Shown here piece by piece: positions 9,518 through 19,897 of a stretch of 64,000 nt of DNA (position 1 is the first letter of the stretch; every line of letters starts with the position of its first letter). The translations under genes were made by a program, and so were the position numbers. The DNA comes from an uncultured Bacteroidota bacterium. Its GTDB lineage: Bacteria; Bacteroidota; Ignavibacteria; UBA10030; UBA8401. The stretch lies in NCBI GenBank assembly GCA_937920105.1, contig CALETH010000028.1, positions 19,273-83,272 on the forward strand, given 5' to 3'. The notes under the pieces were generated by a model, which saw only the letters and a program-made list of their open reading frames with translations, was not told where the DNA came from and did no database searches.

Positions 9518-10358
9518 AAATAATTTTAGTTTCTTCTAATAAAGGCAACTCCTTATTTTGCAATTCATTTTTTACCATTTGATAATATTCAGGAACAACA
9601 TCTATACCAATAGAATGTCGTTGCATTCTATGAGCAACAAGTATTGTTGTACCTGAACCCATAAATGGGTCAAGAACAGTATCATATTTTTTAGTGAAAA
9701 GTTTGATGAACCATTCCGGTAATTCTTCAGGAAATGCAGCAGAGTGATTTTTATTATTACATTCTGTTGCAAGATGTAAAACATTTGTTGGATATGCTTT
9801 ATCTCTATGTAACCAATTAGAAATTTTTTTTCCGAAACCACTGCCAACTTTAGAAACATCTCTTACCTTATCTGTATTTGATAAATTTTTGAGACGTGTT
9901 TTTGACCACTCACCCATCGGAACCATTACTTCATCTTGATACATTGCAAAATGTTTGGATTTATTAAATTGTAATAAACGTTCCCACGCATCACGAAATC
10001 TGTTTGGCCATTTTCCTGGATAACTATTTTTTTTATGCCAAATAAATTCTTCTGTCCACAACCAACCTTGTTTTCTCATTTCCAAAATTAATTCCATTAC
10101 ATAAGTACTTCTTTCACCATTTACAACTTTTTCTTTAATATTAAGAATAAAAGTTCCAGTTGGTTTTAATACTCGTAAAAGTTCTGCAGAGATTGGTAAA
10201 AACCATTCAACATACTTTTCATGCGAAACACCTCCGTATGTATTTTTTCTTTGGTCTGCATACGGTGGAGATGTTACAATAAGGTCAACAGAATTTTCAG
10301 GAATTTTTTGAAGTTCCTTTGCACTATCACCCAGATATAAATTTGCTTTTATATTCAT
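9477..10358 (-). CDS. DNA methyltransferase, beta-class amino-MTase (N4-cytosine or N6-adenine)
   Basis: Motif IV TSPPY near the N-terminus and motif I DPFMGSGTT near the C-terminus (circularly permuted beta order). Has the HRDKAYPT pre-motif-I segment. Confidence 0.85.
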   Translation of the reverse strand: MNIKANLYLGDSAKELQKIPENSVDLIVTSPPYADQRKNTYGGVSHEKYVEWFLPISAELLRVLKPTGTFILNIKEKVVNGERSTYVMELILEMRKQGWLWTEEFIWHKKNSYPGKWPNRFRDAWERLLQFNKSKHFAMYQDEVMVPMGEWSKTRLKNLSNTDKVRDVSKVGSGFGKKISNWLHRDKAYPTNVLHLATECNNKNHSAAFPEELPEWFIKLFTKKYDTVLDPFMGSGTTILVAHRMQRHSIGIDVVPEYYQMVKNELQNKELPLLEETKIIYEEVKTQRRYAIR

Positions 10359-10372
10359 TTTCGTAGATTTTT

Positions 10373-11446
10373 TTACGCTGCACTATTAATTGCTAACTGA
10401 CCGCATGCTGCATCAATATCAACACCGGAACTATTGCGAATAAAGACATCAACATTTCCATCTCGTAATTTTCTTGCAAAACTCAACATCTTCTCTTCTG
10501 AAACACCTCGCAATGTTGCAGCAAATCCTTGCGGATTAGTGAATTGAATTGAATGATATGGAATAAGATTGACTTTACACTCAAACCGACGTGAAACTTT
10601 AATCAGTTTTGCAACATCACTATCAGAATCATTGACACCATCAAATAAAATATATTCTAACATCACACCTTTTTTTGTAATATGATGATAATATTCTAAT
10701 GCATCTAATAATTCATCAACATTATATTTTTTTGTAATTGGCATTATTTGAAGACGTGTTGCTGAATCCAAAGAATGCAACGAAAGTGCAAGTTTTACTT
10801 TTCTTCCTTCATCAGCCATTTTACGAATTTGTTGAACGTAGCCGGCTGTGGAAACGGTAATTCGCCGCGGACTCATCGCAAAACCAGTTGGCGATGTGAG
10901 AATATCAATAGCGTTCATCACATTATCATAATTCAACATTGGCTCGCCCATTCCCATAAACACAATATTAGTAATTGGTCTGGTACTTTGCTGTTGTGCA
11001 AGAATTACTTGATTGAGAATTTCGCTGGCTGTTAAATTTCGTAAAAAACCCATGCTTGCTGTTGCACAAAATTTACAATCTAATGGACATCCAACTTGTG
11101 TGGAAACGCATAATGTAAGACGTGTATCAACATCGACTGCTGTGGTTCTGGGTGGAATGACGACGCTTTCTATTTTTTTTTCATCAAAAAGTTGAAAAAG
11201 AAATTTTACCGTGTTATCTAATAATGAAGTTTGTTTGGAAACAATATTCAATCGTTCAATACAAGCGTTTTGTTCTAATTTTTCTCGTAATGGAATCGAT
11301 AAATTGAGCATTTCTTGAAATGAGGAAACTCGCTCTTTATAAAGCCATTCAAACAACTGAGTTGCTCGAAATTTTTTTTCTCCTAATTCAAGAACAAATG
11401 TTTCTAGTTCTGATAACGATTTTCCAAAAAGATTGTGTTTTTTCAT
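10373..11446 (-). CDS. rlmN: 23S rRNA (adenine2503-C2)-methyltransferase, radical SAM
   Basis: GCPLDCKFCATASMGF radical-SAM motif. Start chosen at MKKHNLFGKSLSELE... (ATG at 11446). The ORF-track N-terminal extension looks spurious. Confidence 0.9.
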   Translation of the reverse strand: MKKHNLFGKSLSELETFVLELGEKKFRATQLFEWLYKERVSSFQEMLNLSIPLREKLEQNACIERLNIVSKQTSLLDNTVKFLFQLFDEKKIESVVIPPRTTAVDVDTRLTLCVSTQVGCPLDCKFCATASMGFLRNLTASEILNQVILAQQQSTRPITNIVFMGMGEPMLNYDNVMNAIDILTSPTGFAMSPRRITVSTAGYVQQIRKMADEGRKVKLALSLHSLDSATRLQIMPITKKYNVDELLDALEYYHHITKKGVMLEYILFDGVNDSDSDVAKLIKVSRRFECKVNLIPYHSIQFTNPQGFAATLRGVSEEKMLSFARKLRDGNVDVFIRNSSGVDIDAACGQLAINSAA

Positions 11447-11544
11447 AAGAATGTTGTTCAATTTATGAAATTTAAAAACGTGTTGCAAACAAAGAAAAAT
11501 TGTATTTAGAAGATGAAATCCATAAATTTTACCTGCTAAAAACA

Positions 11545-11575
11545 GACTAGTCAAGTTTTTAAAACTTGACTAGTC
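11545..11575. repeat. 31-bp AT-centred palindrome GACTAGTCAAGTTTTTAAAACTTGACTAGTC
   Basis: Lies in the divergent rlmN/uvrA intergenic region. Same family as 4557 and 53035. Confidence 0.7.
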
Positions 11576-11596
11576 TCCCTCTAACGAAAAATAAAT

Positions 11597-14410
11597 ATGC
11601 CAAAAAAAAATTCACCACAACCATCTCTCCCATCACACAAAGCACCACTCGTTATTCGCGGAGCAAGAGTTCATAATCTCAAAAATATCACCGTGGAAAT
11701 TCCACGTAATAAATTAGTAGTTATTACCGGAGTCAGTGGTTCAGGAAAATCCAGTTTGGCGTTTGATACTATTTATGCTGAAGGACAGCGACGATATGTG
11801 GAAAGTCTCTCTGCGTACGCACGTCAATTTTTGGAGCGGATGGAAAAACCGGATGTCGATGTCATTCAAGGAATGAGTCCCGCAATAGCCATTGAACAAA
11901 AAACCAATACACGAAATCCACGTTCCACTGTTGGGACCACAACAGAAATTTACGATTATCTCCGACTTCTTTTTGCACGAATTGGGAAAACATATTGCCG
12001 AGTTTGCGGAAAACTTGTTACCAAAGATACCGTGCAATCTGTTGTTGATACAATTAACAAAGAAGATGATGGAACAAAATTTTACATTTCTTTTCCACTT
12101 CAAAAACATGAAGGACATTCGCTCACAGAAGAACTGGATGCATTGAAAAAACGCGGCTTTTTCCGCATCATTGTGAATGGAGAAATTATTGATTTGAATG
12201 AACAAAATTTTTCACCAAAACAAAAACAGCAATTCGATATTTTGGTGGATAGATTTATTCTGAGAAAAAATGAAACCGCAAGTCAAAACCGATTAGCAGA
12301 TTCTATTCAAACTGCGTTTGTGGAAGGAAATGGATACGCTGTTATTCACAATCTCACCACACAAAAAAATATTCCGTTCAATCAACATTTTGAGTGTTCG
12401 GAAGATAATATTCGGTACGAAGAACCAGAGCCGCAACTTTTTTCATTCAACAGTCCAATTGGAGCATGCCCAAAATGTCAGGGCTTTGGAAAATCCGTTG
12501 GCATTGATATGGATGTCGTTGTCCCTGATAAAACAAAAACACTTCGCGATGGAGCAATTCATCCGTGGACAACTCCGGGATTTCAAGAAGAACTTCGCTC
12601 ACTTGCACGCATTGCCTACGATGCAAAAATTCCGATGAACGTACCATTCAACCAACTCACAAAACAACAACTTGATATTGTGATGAATGGTTATGGAAAA
12701 GAATATGATGGAATAAACAAATTTTTTAAATGGGTAGAATCAAAATCGTACAAAATACAATATCGTGTGATGTTAAGTCGATATAGAGGATATTCTCTAT
12801 GTGATGAATGTGAAGGAACTCGTTTGCGGCGTGATGCACTCAATGTAAAAATTTCCAATAAACATATTGGCGAAATTGTTTCTATGACGATTGATGATGC
12901 ACAAAAATTTTTTCAATCACTTTCATTTACAGAATATGAATTAAGTATTGGAAAAAGAGTCATCGAAGAAATTCAAAAACGACTTCGCTATTTAGTGGAT
13001 GTTGGTGTTGGATATCTCACATTAGATAGATTATCCAACACACTTTCCGGTGGAGAATCACAGCGAATAAATTTAGCAACATCAATCGGTTCCTCACTTG
13101 TTGGTTCTATTTATGTGTTGGATGAACCAAGCATTGGTCTCCACCCCGTTGATAACGGACGTCTCATCAATATTCTTAAATCACTTCGCGATATTGGAAA
13201 CACTGTTCTCGTTGTTGAACACGATGCCGAAATGATGCGTGAAGCAGATATGTTAATTGATATTGGACCGTATGCGGGAGAACATGGTGGAGAAATTACT
13301 TTTACCGGTACGTATCAAGAATCTTTACAGGATAAAAATTCTCTCACGGGAAAATATCTTTCCGGAAAACTTTCCATACCACTTCCAAAATCTCGCAGAA
13401 AAATTACAGAAAAAAAATTGCAAATTTTTAATGCCTTCCAACACAATCTCAAAAATATTGATGTAGAAATTCCATTGGGAGTTTTTGTTTGCGTAACTGG
13501 TGTCAGTGGTTCGGGAAAAAGTACACTCATTCATGATATTATTGCAAAAGGAATTCAAAAACGTTTAAGTGGATATAAAGAAAGAATTCCCGGAGTTCAT
13601 CACATTGATGGTGTTGAAAATATCCAACACATAGAAATTGTTGACCAATCTCCTATCGGAAGAACTTCACGCTCCAATCCCGCAACATACACAAAAGCGT
13701 TTGACCACATTCGCGAAATTTTTTCCAAAACGCCAACCGCAAAAAGTCATGGTTATAGTGCAGGATACTTTTCATTCAACATTCCCGGTGGAAGATGTGA
13801 AACCTGTGAAGGCGAAGGTGTGCAAACGGTGGAAATGCAATTCATGGCGGATTTATCTTTACCATGCGAAAGTTGCCAAGGAAAACGGTACAAACGCGAA
13901 GTGTTGGATATTCGTTACCAAGGAAAAAATATTGATGATGTGTTAGCGATGACTGTTACAGAAGCAATTCAGTTTTTTGAAAAATCTCCAACCGGAAAAC
14001 ATGTTGCCAAAAGATTGCGTGTGATGGGTGATGTTGGTTTGGGTTATATGAGATTGGGACAACCAGCACCAACATTTTCCGGAGGCGAAGCACAACGAGT
14101 AAAATTGGCAACACATCTTGCAGAAAAACGCGAAGGACACACACTATTTATTTTTGATGAACCAACCACTGGTTTACATTTTGACGATATTACAAAATTA
14201 TTACTATGTTTTACGTCATTACTTGATGCCGGAAATTCCGTTGTGGTAATTGAACACAATCTTGATGTGATTAAATGTGCAGATTACATTATTGATATTG
14301 GTCCCGGTGGTGGTGAGTTTGGGGGGAAAATTGTTGCAACGGGAACTCCTGAAGAATTATCTAAAAATAAAAATTCTGTTACCGGAAAGTTTTTGAAAGA
14401 GATAAAATAA
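11597..14410 (+). CDS. uvrA: Excinuclease ABC subunit A
   Basis: 937 aa. Two ABC ATPase modules ([35 protein letters not shown] and a second Walker [11 protein letters not shown]) plus zinc-finger Cys pairs. Confidence 0.97.
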   Translation: MPKKNSPQPSLPSHKAPLVIRGARVHNLKNITVEIPRNKLVVITGVSGSGKSSLAFDTIYAEGQRRYVESLSAYARQFLERMEKPDVDVIQGMSPAIAIEQKTNTRNPRSTVGTTTEIYDYLRLLFARIGKTYCRVCGKLVTKDTVQSVVDTINKEDDGTKFYISFPLQKHEGHSLTEELDALKKRGFFRIIVNGEIIDLNEQNFSPKQKQQFDILVDRFILRKNETASQNRLADSIQTAFVEGNGYAVIHNLTTQKNIPFNQHFECSEDNIRYEEPEPQLFSFNSPIGACPKCQGFGKSVGIDMDVVVPDKTKTLRDGAIHPWTTPGFQEELRSLARIAYDAKIPMNVPFNQLTKQQLDIVMNGYGKEYDGINKFFKWVESKSYKIQYRVMLSRYRGYSLCDECEGTRLRRDALNVKISNKHIGEIVSMTIDDAQKFFQSLSFTEYELSIGKRVIEEIQKRLRYLVDVGVGYLTLDRLSNTLSGGESQRINLATSIGSSLVGSIYVLDEPSIGLHPVDNGRLINILKSLRDIGNTVLVVEHDAEMMREADMLIDIGPYAGEHGGEITFTGTYQESLQDKNSLTGKYLSGKLSIPLPKSRRKITEKKLQIFNAFQHNLKNIDVEIPLGVFVCVTGVSGSGKSTLIHDIIAKGIQKRLSGYKERIPGVHHIDGVENIQHIEIVDQSPIGRTSRSNPATYTKAFDHIREIFSKTPTAKSHGYSAGYFSFNIPGGRCETCEGEGVQTVEMQFMADLSLPCESCQGKRYKREVLDIRYQGKNIDDVLAMTVTEAIQFFEKSPTGKHVAKRLRVMGDVGLGYMRLGQPAPTFSGGEAQRVKLATHLAEKREGHTLFIFDEPTTGLHFDDITKLLLCFTSLLDAGNSVVVIEHNLDVIKCADYIIDIGPGGGEFGGKIVATGTPEELSKNKNSVTGKFLKEIK

Positions 14411-14412
14411 CA

Positions 14413-14751
14413 ATGGAACCAATTAGTAATCTTCCAATGAAAATTCGAGAATTACTTTTTTATGCTCTTGATATTTTAATAAAAGATGGTGCGAGAGGAT
14501 GTGCAAAAAAGGGATTTCTTGAAAAGAAATATGTTGATTATGTAGATGAATTATATCAAGTTTATGGAGGAAAATTTCGATTACCTCCACCAAACGCCCC
14601 AATGTTTCTTATTATGGTAGATGATAACACTTATTATATAGAGATTCCCCTTTGGATTGAAGGAGAAAATGAACCTAGCGAATTATTTGCTCATATGGAA
14701 ATTAATTCTAAAACGAAAAAAATAAAACTTGCCAGTTTTTTAGTTCCTTAA
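14413..14751 (+). CDS. Hypothetical protein (112 aa)
   Basis: ORF begins 3 bp after the uvrA stop. No recognisable motif. Confidence 0.4.
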   Translation: MEPISNLPMKIRELLFYALDILIKDGARGCAKKGFLEKKYVDYVDELYQVYGGKFRLPPPNAPMFLIMVDDNTYYIEIPLWIEGENEPSELFAHMEINSKTKKIKLASFLVP

Positions 14752-14773
14752 AAAATTTCTCTCTAAAAACCTA

Positions 14774-14800
14774 AGAGCGAAATTTTTCATCCCGCTCTTT
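14774..14800 (+). terminator. Rho-independent terminator candidate
   Basis: Sequence agagcg-aaatttttcatcc-cgctct followed by ttttct. Confidence 0.5.
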
Positions 14801-14804
14801 TTCT

Positions 14805-14841
14805 GGATTCCTGTCCGTGTTTGATACGGGACAGGAATGAC
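14805..14841. repeat. GC-rich hairpin of the GGATTCC...GGAATGAC family (variant)
   Basis: Sequence ggattcctgtccgt-gtttgat-acgggacaggaatgac. Confidence 0.5.
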
Positions 14842-14884
14842 AACTTCATTTTTTTACTGACTACTGATTACTAAAAACTGAAAA

Positions 14885-16117
14885 CTACTTAAACCTCTTA
14901 ATCGTAACAATCGTTTTATCATCAGAATAATGTTGATTATTGGCACTAAATTTTTGCACATCTTCAAGAACGAGTTGGGTAATTTCTTTTGCAGATTTAT
15001 CCTTATAAGTCAATAATTGTTGAATCAAACGCTCTTCAGAATACAATTCTTCATCAGCATTCATCGCTTCAGAAACACCATCAGTGTACAAAAATAAAAT
15101 ATCACCCTTCTCCATCATAAAACTTTCACTACGGTATTTTTCATTCGGAAACGGACCCAAAATTTGTCCGGTTGGTTCAATAACTTCCACCGTGTGAGTT
15201 TTTGCTCTATATAATAGAGGCGAAGCGTGTCCCGCATTCACAAAAATACATAAGCCCTTTTTATCATTAACAAATTCTGCATAAAATAATGTGAGAAAAC
15301 GTTTATCCGGAAATGCACGATGCACCAATGTATTGATACGGCGAATGAGTGAACTAATTTTTGTTTGGTAGCCCGCACCCATCCGCAACGCACCGGAAAC
15401 ATACAACGCTTGCACTGCTGCTGAAAGACCTTTACTTGCAGCATCTCCAATAACAACATTCACTCTATCATCTTCTTCATTTAAGATGTAATCGAAAAAA
15501 TCTCCACCAACACTTCTATCCGCAACAGAAACACCAAACATTTCATAATTGTGAAAAAACAATTCGTGTTCCGGCAAAATGCTCCGCTGAATTTGGCGGG
15601 CTTTATCCAAATCTTTTTTTAATTGAGCAGTGTTGGTTTCAATAAATTTACTTTTTAATAATGTTGTTACCGCAATACCAATAATATTTAATGTTGCTGC
15701 TAATTGCTCGTGATTTAAATTGGTGTTAAATGAAAGAACGTACGGATACAACATCATATCTTTTACTTTTACCAATTCACCAACACCGGTTGCAGCAAAT
15801 TTTTTTATCCCCTTGCTTCGCAAATACTCATTTGATTCATTGGCAATAATTGTTTTATGACGAGGCAATTGTTTAAATAAACGATACTCATCCAGTTTTA
15901 AAATAAAATGGGATTTTATTTTTTCTGTTGCTCCAACTTGTGCATGAAGTTCATATCCCAATTTTTGTGTATTCAATCGCCAAATTCTCCCACCTTGAAT
16001 TTCTATTCTATCGCTTTGCACTATTTGGTGAATGACATGAAAAAGTAATGCTTCAATAGATTCAAATTCTTTGTTTGCAAAACTTTCGATTGTTTTATAA
16101 AGTTTTAATTGATTCAT
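14885..16117 (-). CDS. PP2C-family serine phosphatase (SpoIIE/RsbU-like) with an N-terminal sensory (GAF-like) region
   Basis: GGDFFDY...GDAASKGLSAA...FYAEF...NAGHASP...LYTDGVSEA...DDKTIV. Confidence 0.8.
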   Translation of the reverse strand: MNQLKLYKTIESFANKEFESIEALLFHVIHQIVQSDRIEIQGGRIWRLNTQKLGYELHAQVGATEKIKSHFILKLDEYRLFKQLPRHKTIIANESNEYLRSKGIKKFAATGVGELVKVKDMMLYPYVLSFNTNLNHEQLAATLNIIGIAVTTLLKSKFIETNTAQLKKDLDKARQIQRSILPEHELFFHNYEMFGVSVADRSVGGDFFDYILNEEDDRVNVVIGDAASKGLSAAVQALYVSGALRMGAGYQTKISSLIRRINTLVHRAFPDKRFLTLFYAEFVNDKKGLCIFVNAGHASPLLYRAKTHTVEVIEPTGQILGPFPNEKYRSESFMMEKGDILFLYTDGVSEAMNADEELYSEERLIQQLLTYKDKSAKEITQLVLEDVQKFSANNQHYSDDKTIVTIKRFK

Positions 16118-16203
16118 ACTACCATTGTATAATGATTATTTATTGCTTCTATAGAACAATATAAGTATTTTTTTGAGCAATTTTTATTTTTTATCACATT
16201 ACT

Positions 16204-17814
16204 ATGAAATCACCTATCACAATAGAAGAAATACAATCCAACGCACTATTTACCAATAGTAACGATGTCGATTTTTCTTCTCTCATTTCTCATATCACAA
16301 AAAAAGAATTTCCTCCACATTCAATCATTGATATTGATAAAAATATTTATCTTATCCTCAAAGGAAAAATTAAAATTTCTAAAAACATCAATTCAACAAT
16401 TGAAATAACTTTATCTACTTTAAACAAAAATGATTTTTTTGGTGAAGCAGAAATTCTTGGACAGCATACCCGTTCTACAAAAATCACAGCAATAGAAAAC
16501 ACTACCCTTGCAGTACTTCCTCAAAAATATTTTGATGAAATAATGTCCACCAATAGAACCGTTGCTTCAAATGTGTTAAAAAATATTATTCAATATCCAG
16601 CATTAGTAGAAGAAACTATTGCAAAAGAAATAGAACATACTATTGCATTTTCTCAACAACACATTAACAAACTCAATCTCTTAATTGAAGCAGCAAAATC
16701 CATCAACTCAATTTTAGACTTAGATAAACTTCTTTCTGTTATTTTAGAAACGGCAATAAAATCCATCCACGCTGATAGAGGAACTCTTTACGTAGTAGAT
16801 GAAGATAAAAAAGAAATTTGGTCAAAAATTTTGCGTGGAAAAGAATTAGTAGAAATACGCCTTCCATTAGGAAAAGGATTAGCAGGGTACGTTGCAGAAA
16901 CTGGAGAAATAATTAATATTCCCGATGTGTATCAAGATTCACGTTTCAATCCTGACATAGATAAGAAATCCGGATACAAAACAACAAACATGCTTTGTAT
17001 GCCAATGAAAAATCGTGAAGGAAAAATTATTGGCGTATTTCAACTATTAAATAAAAAGAATGAGCCATTTAATAAATCCGACGAAGATTTTATTACTGCA
17101 CTTTCCACACATGCCTCTATTGCTATTGAAAATTCCAAACTTGCACAAGCAATGGTGAATAATGAACGACTTTCTGCTGTAGGAAGAATGGCAAACACTA
17201 TTATTCATGATATAAAAAATCCCATGAGTACTTTACGCCTTTACGCACAAGCAATCAAACAAAAAGCAAATAATGATTCCGCAAAATTAGCGGATGAAAT
17301 TATTCGTCAGGTTGACCGTTTTGTTACCATGACTCAAGAAATTTTGGATTTTAGCAGAGGCGTTAGTTCTACGAATATAGAAGAAGTGGATTTAAATGAA
17401 ATAATGGAAAGCGTACTAACATTTTTAGAAAAAGATTTAACCAAAAAGAATATTACTCTTACAAAAAATTTAAAGCACAATGGTACCGTAAAAATTGACC
17501 AAGAAAAAATGATTCGTGTTTTCTATAATATCGCCAGCAATGCAGCAGATGCAATGAGTGGTGGAGGTAACCTTTCTGTAGAAACCAATAAAAGTAAGAA
17601 TTATATAACTATTTCTTTTACTGATACCGGAAGTGGAATGCCTGAGGAAATTAAAAAGAAAATTTTTGAACCTTTTATTACTTATGGAAAAAAACACGGG
17701 ACAGGTTTAGGAATGGCAATTGTAAAAAAAATTATGGATGACCACAACGGAAAAATTGAAATTGAAAGCGAACTTGGCAAAGGAACAACGATTACTCTTT
17801 ATCTACCTATATAA
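16204..17814 (+). CDS. Sensor histidine kinase with cNMP-binding and GAF domains
   Basis: N-terminal cyclic-nucleotide-binding-like fold (DFFGEAEILG), a GAF segment, HisKA (IIHDIKNPMSTL) and HATPase_c (DTGSGMPEEIKKKIFEPF...GTGLGMAIVKK). No receiver domain. Confidence 0.8.
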   Translation: MKSPITIEEIQSNALFTNSNDVDFSSLISHITKKEFPPHSIIDIDKNIYLILKGKIKISKNINSTIEITLSTLNKNDFFGEAEILGQHTRSTKITAIENTTLAVLPQKYFDEIMSTNRTVASNVLKNIIQYPALVEETIAKEIEHTIAFSQQHINKLNLLIEAAKSINSILDLDKLLSVILETAIKSIHADRGTLYVVDEDKKEIWSKILRGKELVEIRLPLGKGLAGYVAETGEIINIPDVYQDSRFNPDIDKKSGYKTTNMLCMPMKNREGKIIGVFQLLNKKNEPFNKSDEDFITALSTHASIAIENSKLAQAMVNNERLSAVGRMANTIIHDIKNPMSTLRLYAQAIKQKANNDSAKLADEIIRQVDRFVTMTQEILDFSRGVSSTNIEEVDLNEIMESVLTFLEKDLTKKNITLTKNLKHNGTVKIDQEKMIRVFYNIASNAADAMSGGGNLSVETNKSKNYITISFTDTGSGMPEEIKKKIFEPFITYGKKHGTGLGMAIVKKIMDDHNGKIEIESELGKGTTITLYLPI

Positions 17815-18624
17815 TTATCTCCATTTCCATTTTCTCCAAATTTTTATAAGACTATGAAGATGAAGAATGGTAAAAACAATTTTCATTTGCACACGAAAAA
17901 ATCGTAAAAGAAAAAAATATTGTGCTTGAAAATTCCATAATGAATTTATGGATAATGCTTTTTTCACTTCTTTCAAAGTCTCCTTTTCATACTTTCCAGA
18001 AGCACCGCTACCACTCATATACACTAATGGAAACTCTTGTAGATAAAAACCTTTCTCTGCAAAATTCGGACTTTTTTTAAAAATTCTACAGAACAATTCA
18101 TAATCCATCGCATAACGAAAATTTACATCATAAGTACCAAATCCTTGATACACTGTTTTTCGAAAAAACATTGTGGGATGATTATAAGGCATTGCTTTTT
18201 CAATTGAACACAATAATGGTTTTCTTCGATTAGAACCATACACAAAATCTTCAAAAAAAATATCCCCATGAACAAATAAAACATTGGGATTAGAAAATGC
18301 TTCTACTACCTTTTGCAAAACATTTTCATTATAATACCAATCATCACTATTGAGAATTGCAATAATATCACCAGAAGAATTTTTTATTCCCTTATTAAAA
18401 GCATCAGCAATACCATTATCTTTTTCTGAAATAATTTTTAATGTATCAAATTTTCCACTTTCACTATAGAGTTTTTTTACAATAGAAAGCGTTGCATCAC
18501 TACTCATATTATCAACAATGATATGTTCAAAATTTGAATAACTTTGACTTATAATAGAGTGAATATTGCGAGCAATTGTTTTTTCAGAATTATAGGTTGG
18601 AGTAATAAGAGAAATTTTTAACAT
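17815..18624 (-). CDS. Family 2 glycosyltransferase
   Basis: ISLITPTYNSEKTIARNIHSIISQSY...IVDNMSSD (GT2 signature). Confidence 0.85.
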   Translation of the reverse strand: MLKISLITPTYNSEKTIARNIHSIISQSYSNFEHIIVDNMSSDATLSIVKKLYSESGKFDTLKIISEKDNGIADAFNKGIKNSSGDIIAILNSDDWYYNENVLQKVVEAFSNPNVLFVHGDIFFEDFVYGSNRRKPLLCSIEKAMPYNHPTMFFRKTVYQGFGTYDVNFRYAMDYELFCRIFKKSPNFAEKGFYLQEFPLVYMSGSGASGKYEKETLKEVKKALSINSLWNFQAQYFFLLRFFRVQMKIVFTILHLHSLIKIWRKWKWR

Positions 18625-18640
18625 AATCGCTAATAATGTA

Positions 18641-19816
18641 ATGAATAATACAATAAAGAAAAATGTTCTCTGTCTCTCTGTGATGGAAAATTGGGGCGGT
18701 GGTGAAGAATTTCTTCTTCACCTTAATCACAACGTTAAAGATTTTCATTGTATTATTGTAACTCCGGAAGGTGAAACATCCAAAAAATTTCAAGAAAATG
18801 AAGTTGATTACATCATTCTCAACAGCATAAAAAAAATTTATAGAAAAGAAAATCAATGGAAATTTAGTGAAAAACTGTTTTTATGTTGGAATATTTTCTG
18901 TTCAATCCCTCAATTATTATGGATTATATATTCAAGAAACATTTCCTGCATTCTCCTTAACGGAAATTTTGCCGGATTGTTTGGAATAATTCCTGGAATT
19001 CTCAGCAGAAAAAAAATACTATCCATTCAACATCTCATATATGAAAAAAAATCTCCTGACATAAAATTTCTTTCTATTATAAACCATTTCGCTCATCAAT
19101 GCGTTTGCGTTTCTCACGCTGTGTTAGAAAATATTTCTGTTTTATTGAGGAAAAAATTTCGTCCATCAAAATATACAGTCATCCATAATGGTATTTCCCT
19201 TCCACCAAAAAAATCACAAAAAAAATATTATACTATTGTAAGAATTGGAATTATTGGCTCCATTATTAGAACAAAAGGAATTGATATAATTATAGAATGT
19301 GTTGGAAAAATCAAAAAAAATAATCCAGAATTATCATTAGAAGTTTTATTATTTGGAAATGTAAGAGATAGTGAAGATTCGAGAAAATATCAACGAGAAC
19401 TCAAAAACCAAATACAATTTGGAAATTTAGAAAATATTGTTCATTGGCAAGGATATGCGGATTCAAAAGAAAAAATGTATTCAAATGTAGATATTGTTGT
19501 AAATTATTCACAAGTGCCAGAATCATTTTCACTTGTTGTAGCAGAAGCGATGGTACATAAAAAAATTGTCATTGCAGCAAATATTGGAGGACCAAAAGAA
19601 ATTATTACCAATAAACAAAACGGATTTCTTGTTGAACCAAATAATCCACAATTATTACAAAATATTTTAGAATATTGTATTCAAAATATTTATTCTGCAG
19701 AATTTGAAAAAATACGAGAATATGCATACACCACAATAAAAAATAATTTTTCTATAGAACAATTTGCTTTGAATTATAATAAACTTTTTCATCAACTGAT
19801 AAATTTCCTTAAATAA
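18641..19816 (+). CDS. Family 1/4 glycosyltransferase
   Basis: C-terminal EAMVHKKIVIAANIGGPKEIITNKQNGFLVEP, the GT4 retaining-GT motif. Confidence 0.8.
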   Translation: MNNTIKKNVLCLSVMENWGGGEEFLLHLNHNVKDFHCIIVTPEGETSKKFQENEVDYIILNSIKKIYRKENQWKFSEKLFLCWNIFCSIPQLLWIIYSRNISCILLNGNFAGLFGIIPGILSRKKILSIQHLIYEKKSPDIKFLSIINHFAHQCVCVSHAVLENISVLLRKKFRPSKYTVIHNGISLPPKKSQKKYYTIVRIGIIGSIIRTKGIDIIIECVGKIKKNNPELSLEVLLFGNVRDSEDSRKYQRELKNQIQFGNLENIVHWQGYADSKEKMYSNVDIVVNYSQVPESFSLVVAEAMVHKKIVIAANIGGPKEIITNKQNGFLVEPNNPQLLQNILEYCIQNIYSAEFEKIREYAYTTIKNNFSIEQFALNYNKLFHQLINFLK

Positions 19817-19825
19817 AATCAACAT

Positions 19826-19877
19826 CATTCCCGCACGTTCCTGACCTGTCGTCAGGACAGGTTTTAGCGGGAATCCA
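19826..19877. repeat. Compound GC-rich hairpin CATTCCCGC...(inner CCTGACCTGTCGTCAGGACAGG)...GCGGGAATCC
   Basis: The outer stem belongs to the GTCATTCCCGC family. A nested inner inverted repeat sits within it. Confidence 0.55.
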
Positions 19878-19897
19878 TATACAAAATTTATTTTACC

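Noticed and set aside
11447-11554. N-terminal extension of the rlmN ORF (MTSLFLAGKIYGFHLL...)
   Set aside because: Hydrophobic low-complexity translation of intergenic sequence. RlmN homologs begin near MKK...LFG..L.EL. The extension would consume the divergent promoter region.
11741-12205. 154-aa minus-strand ORF inside uvrA, plus other 60-110-aa antisense ORFs inside gltX, pntB, uvrA, the T9SS genes and others
   Set aside because: All lie antisense within long genes with strong family signatures. Their composition is typical of AT-rich antisense frames.
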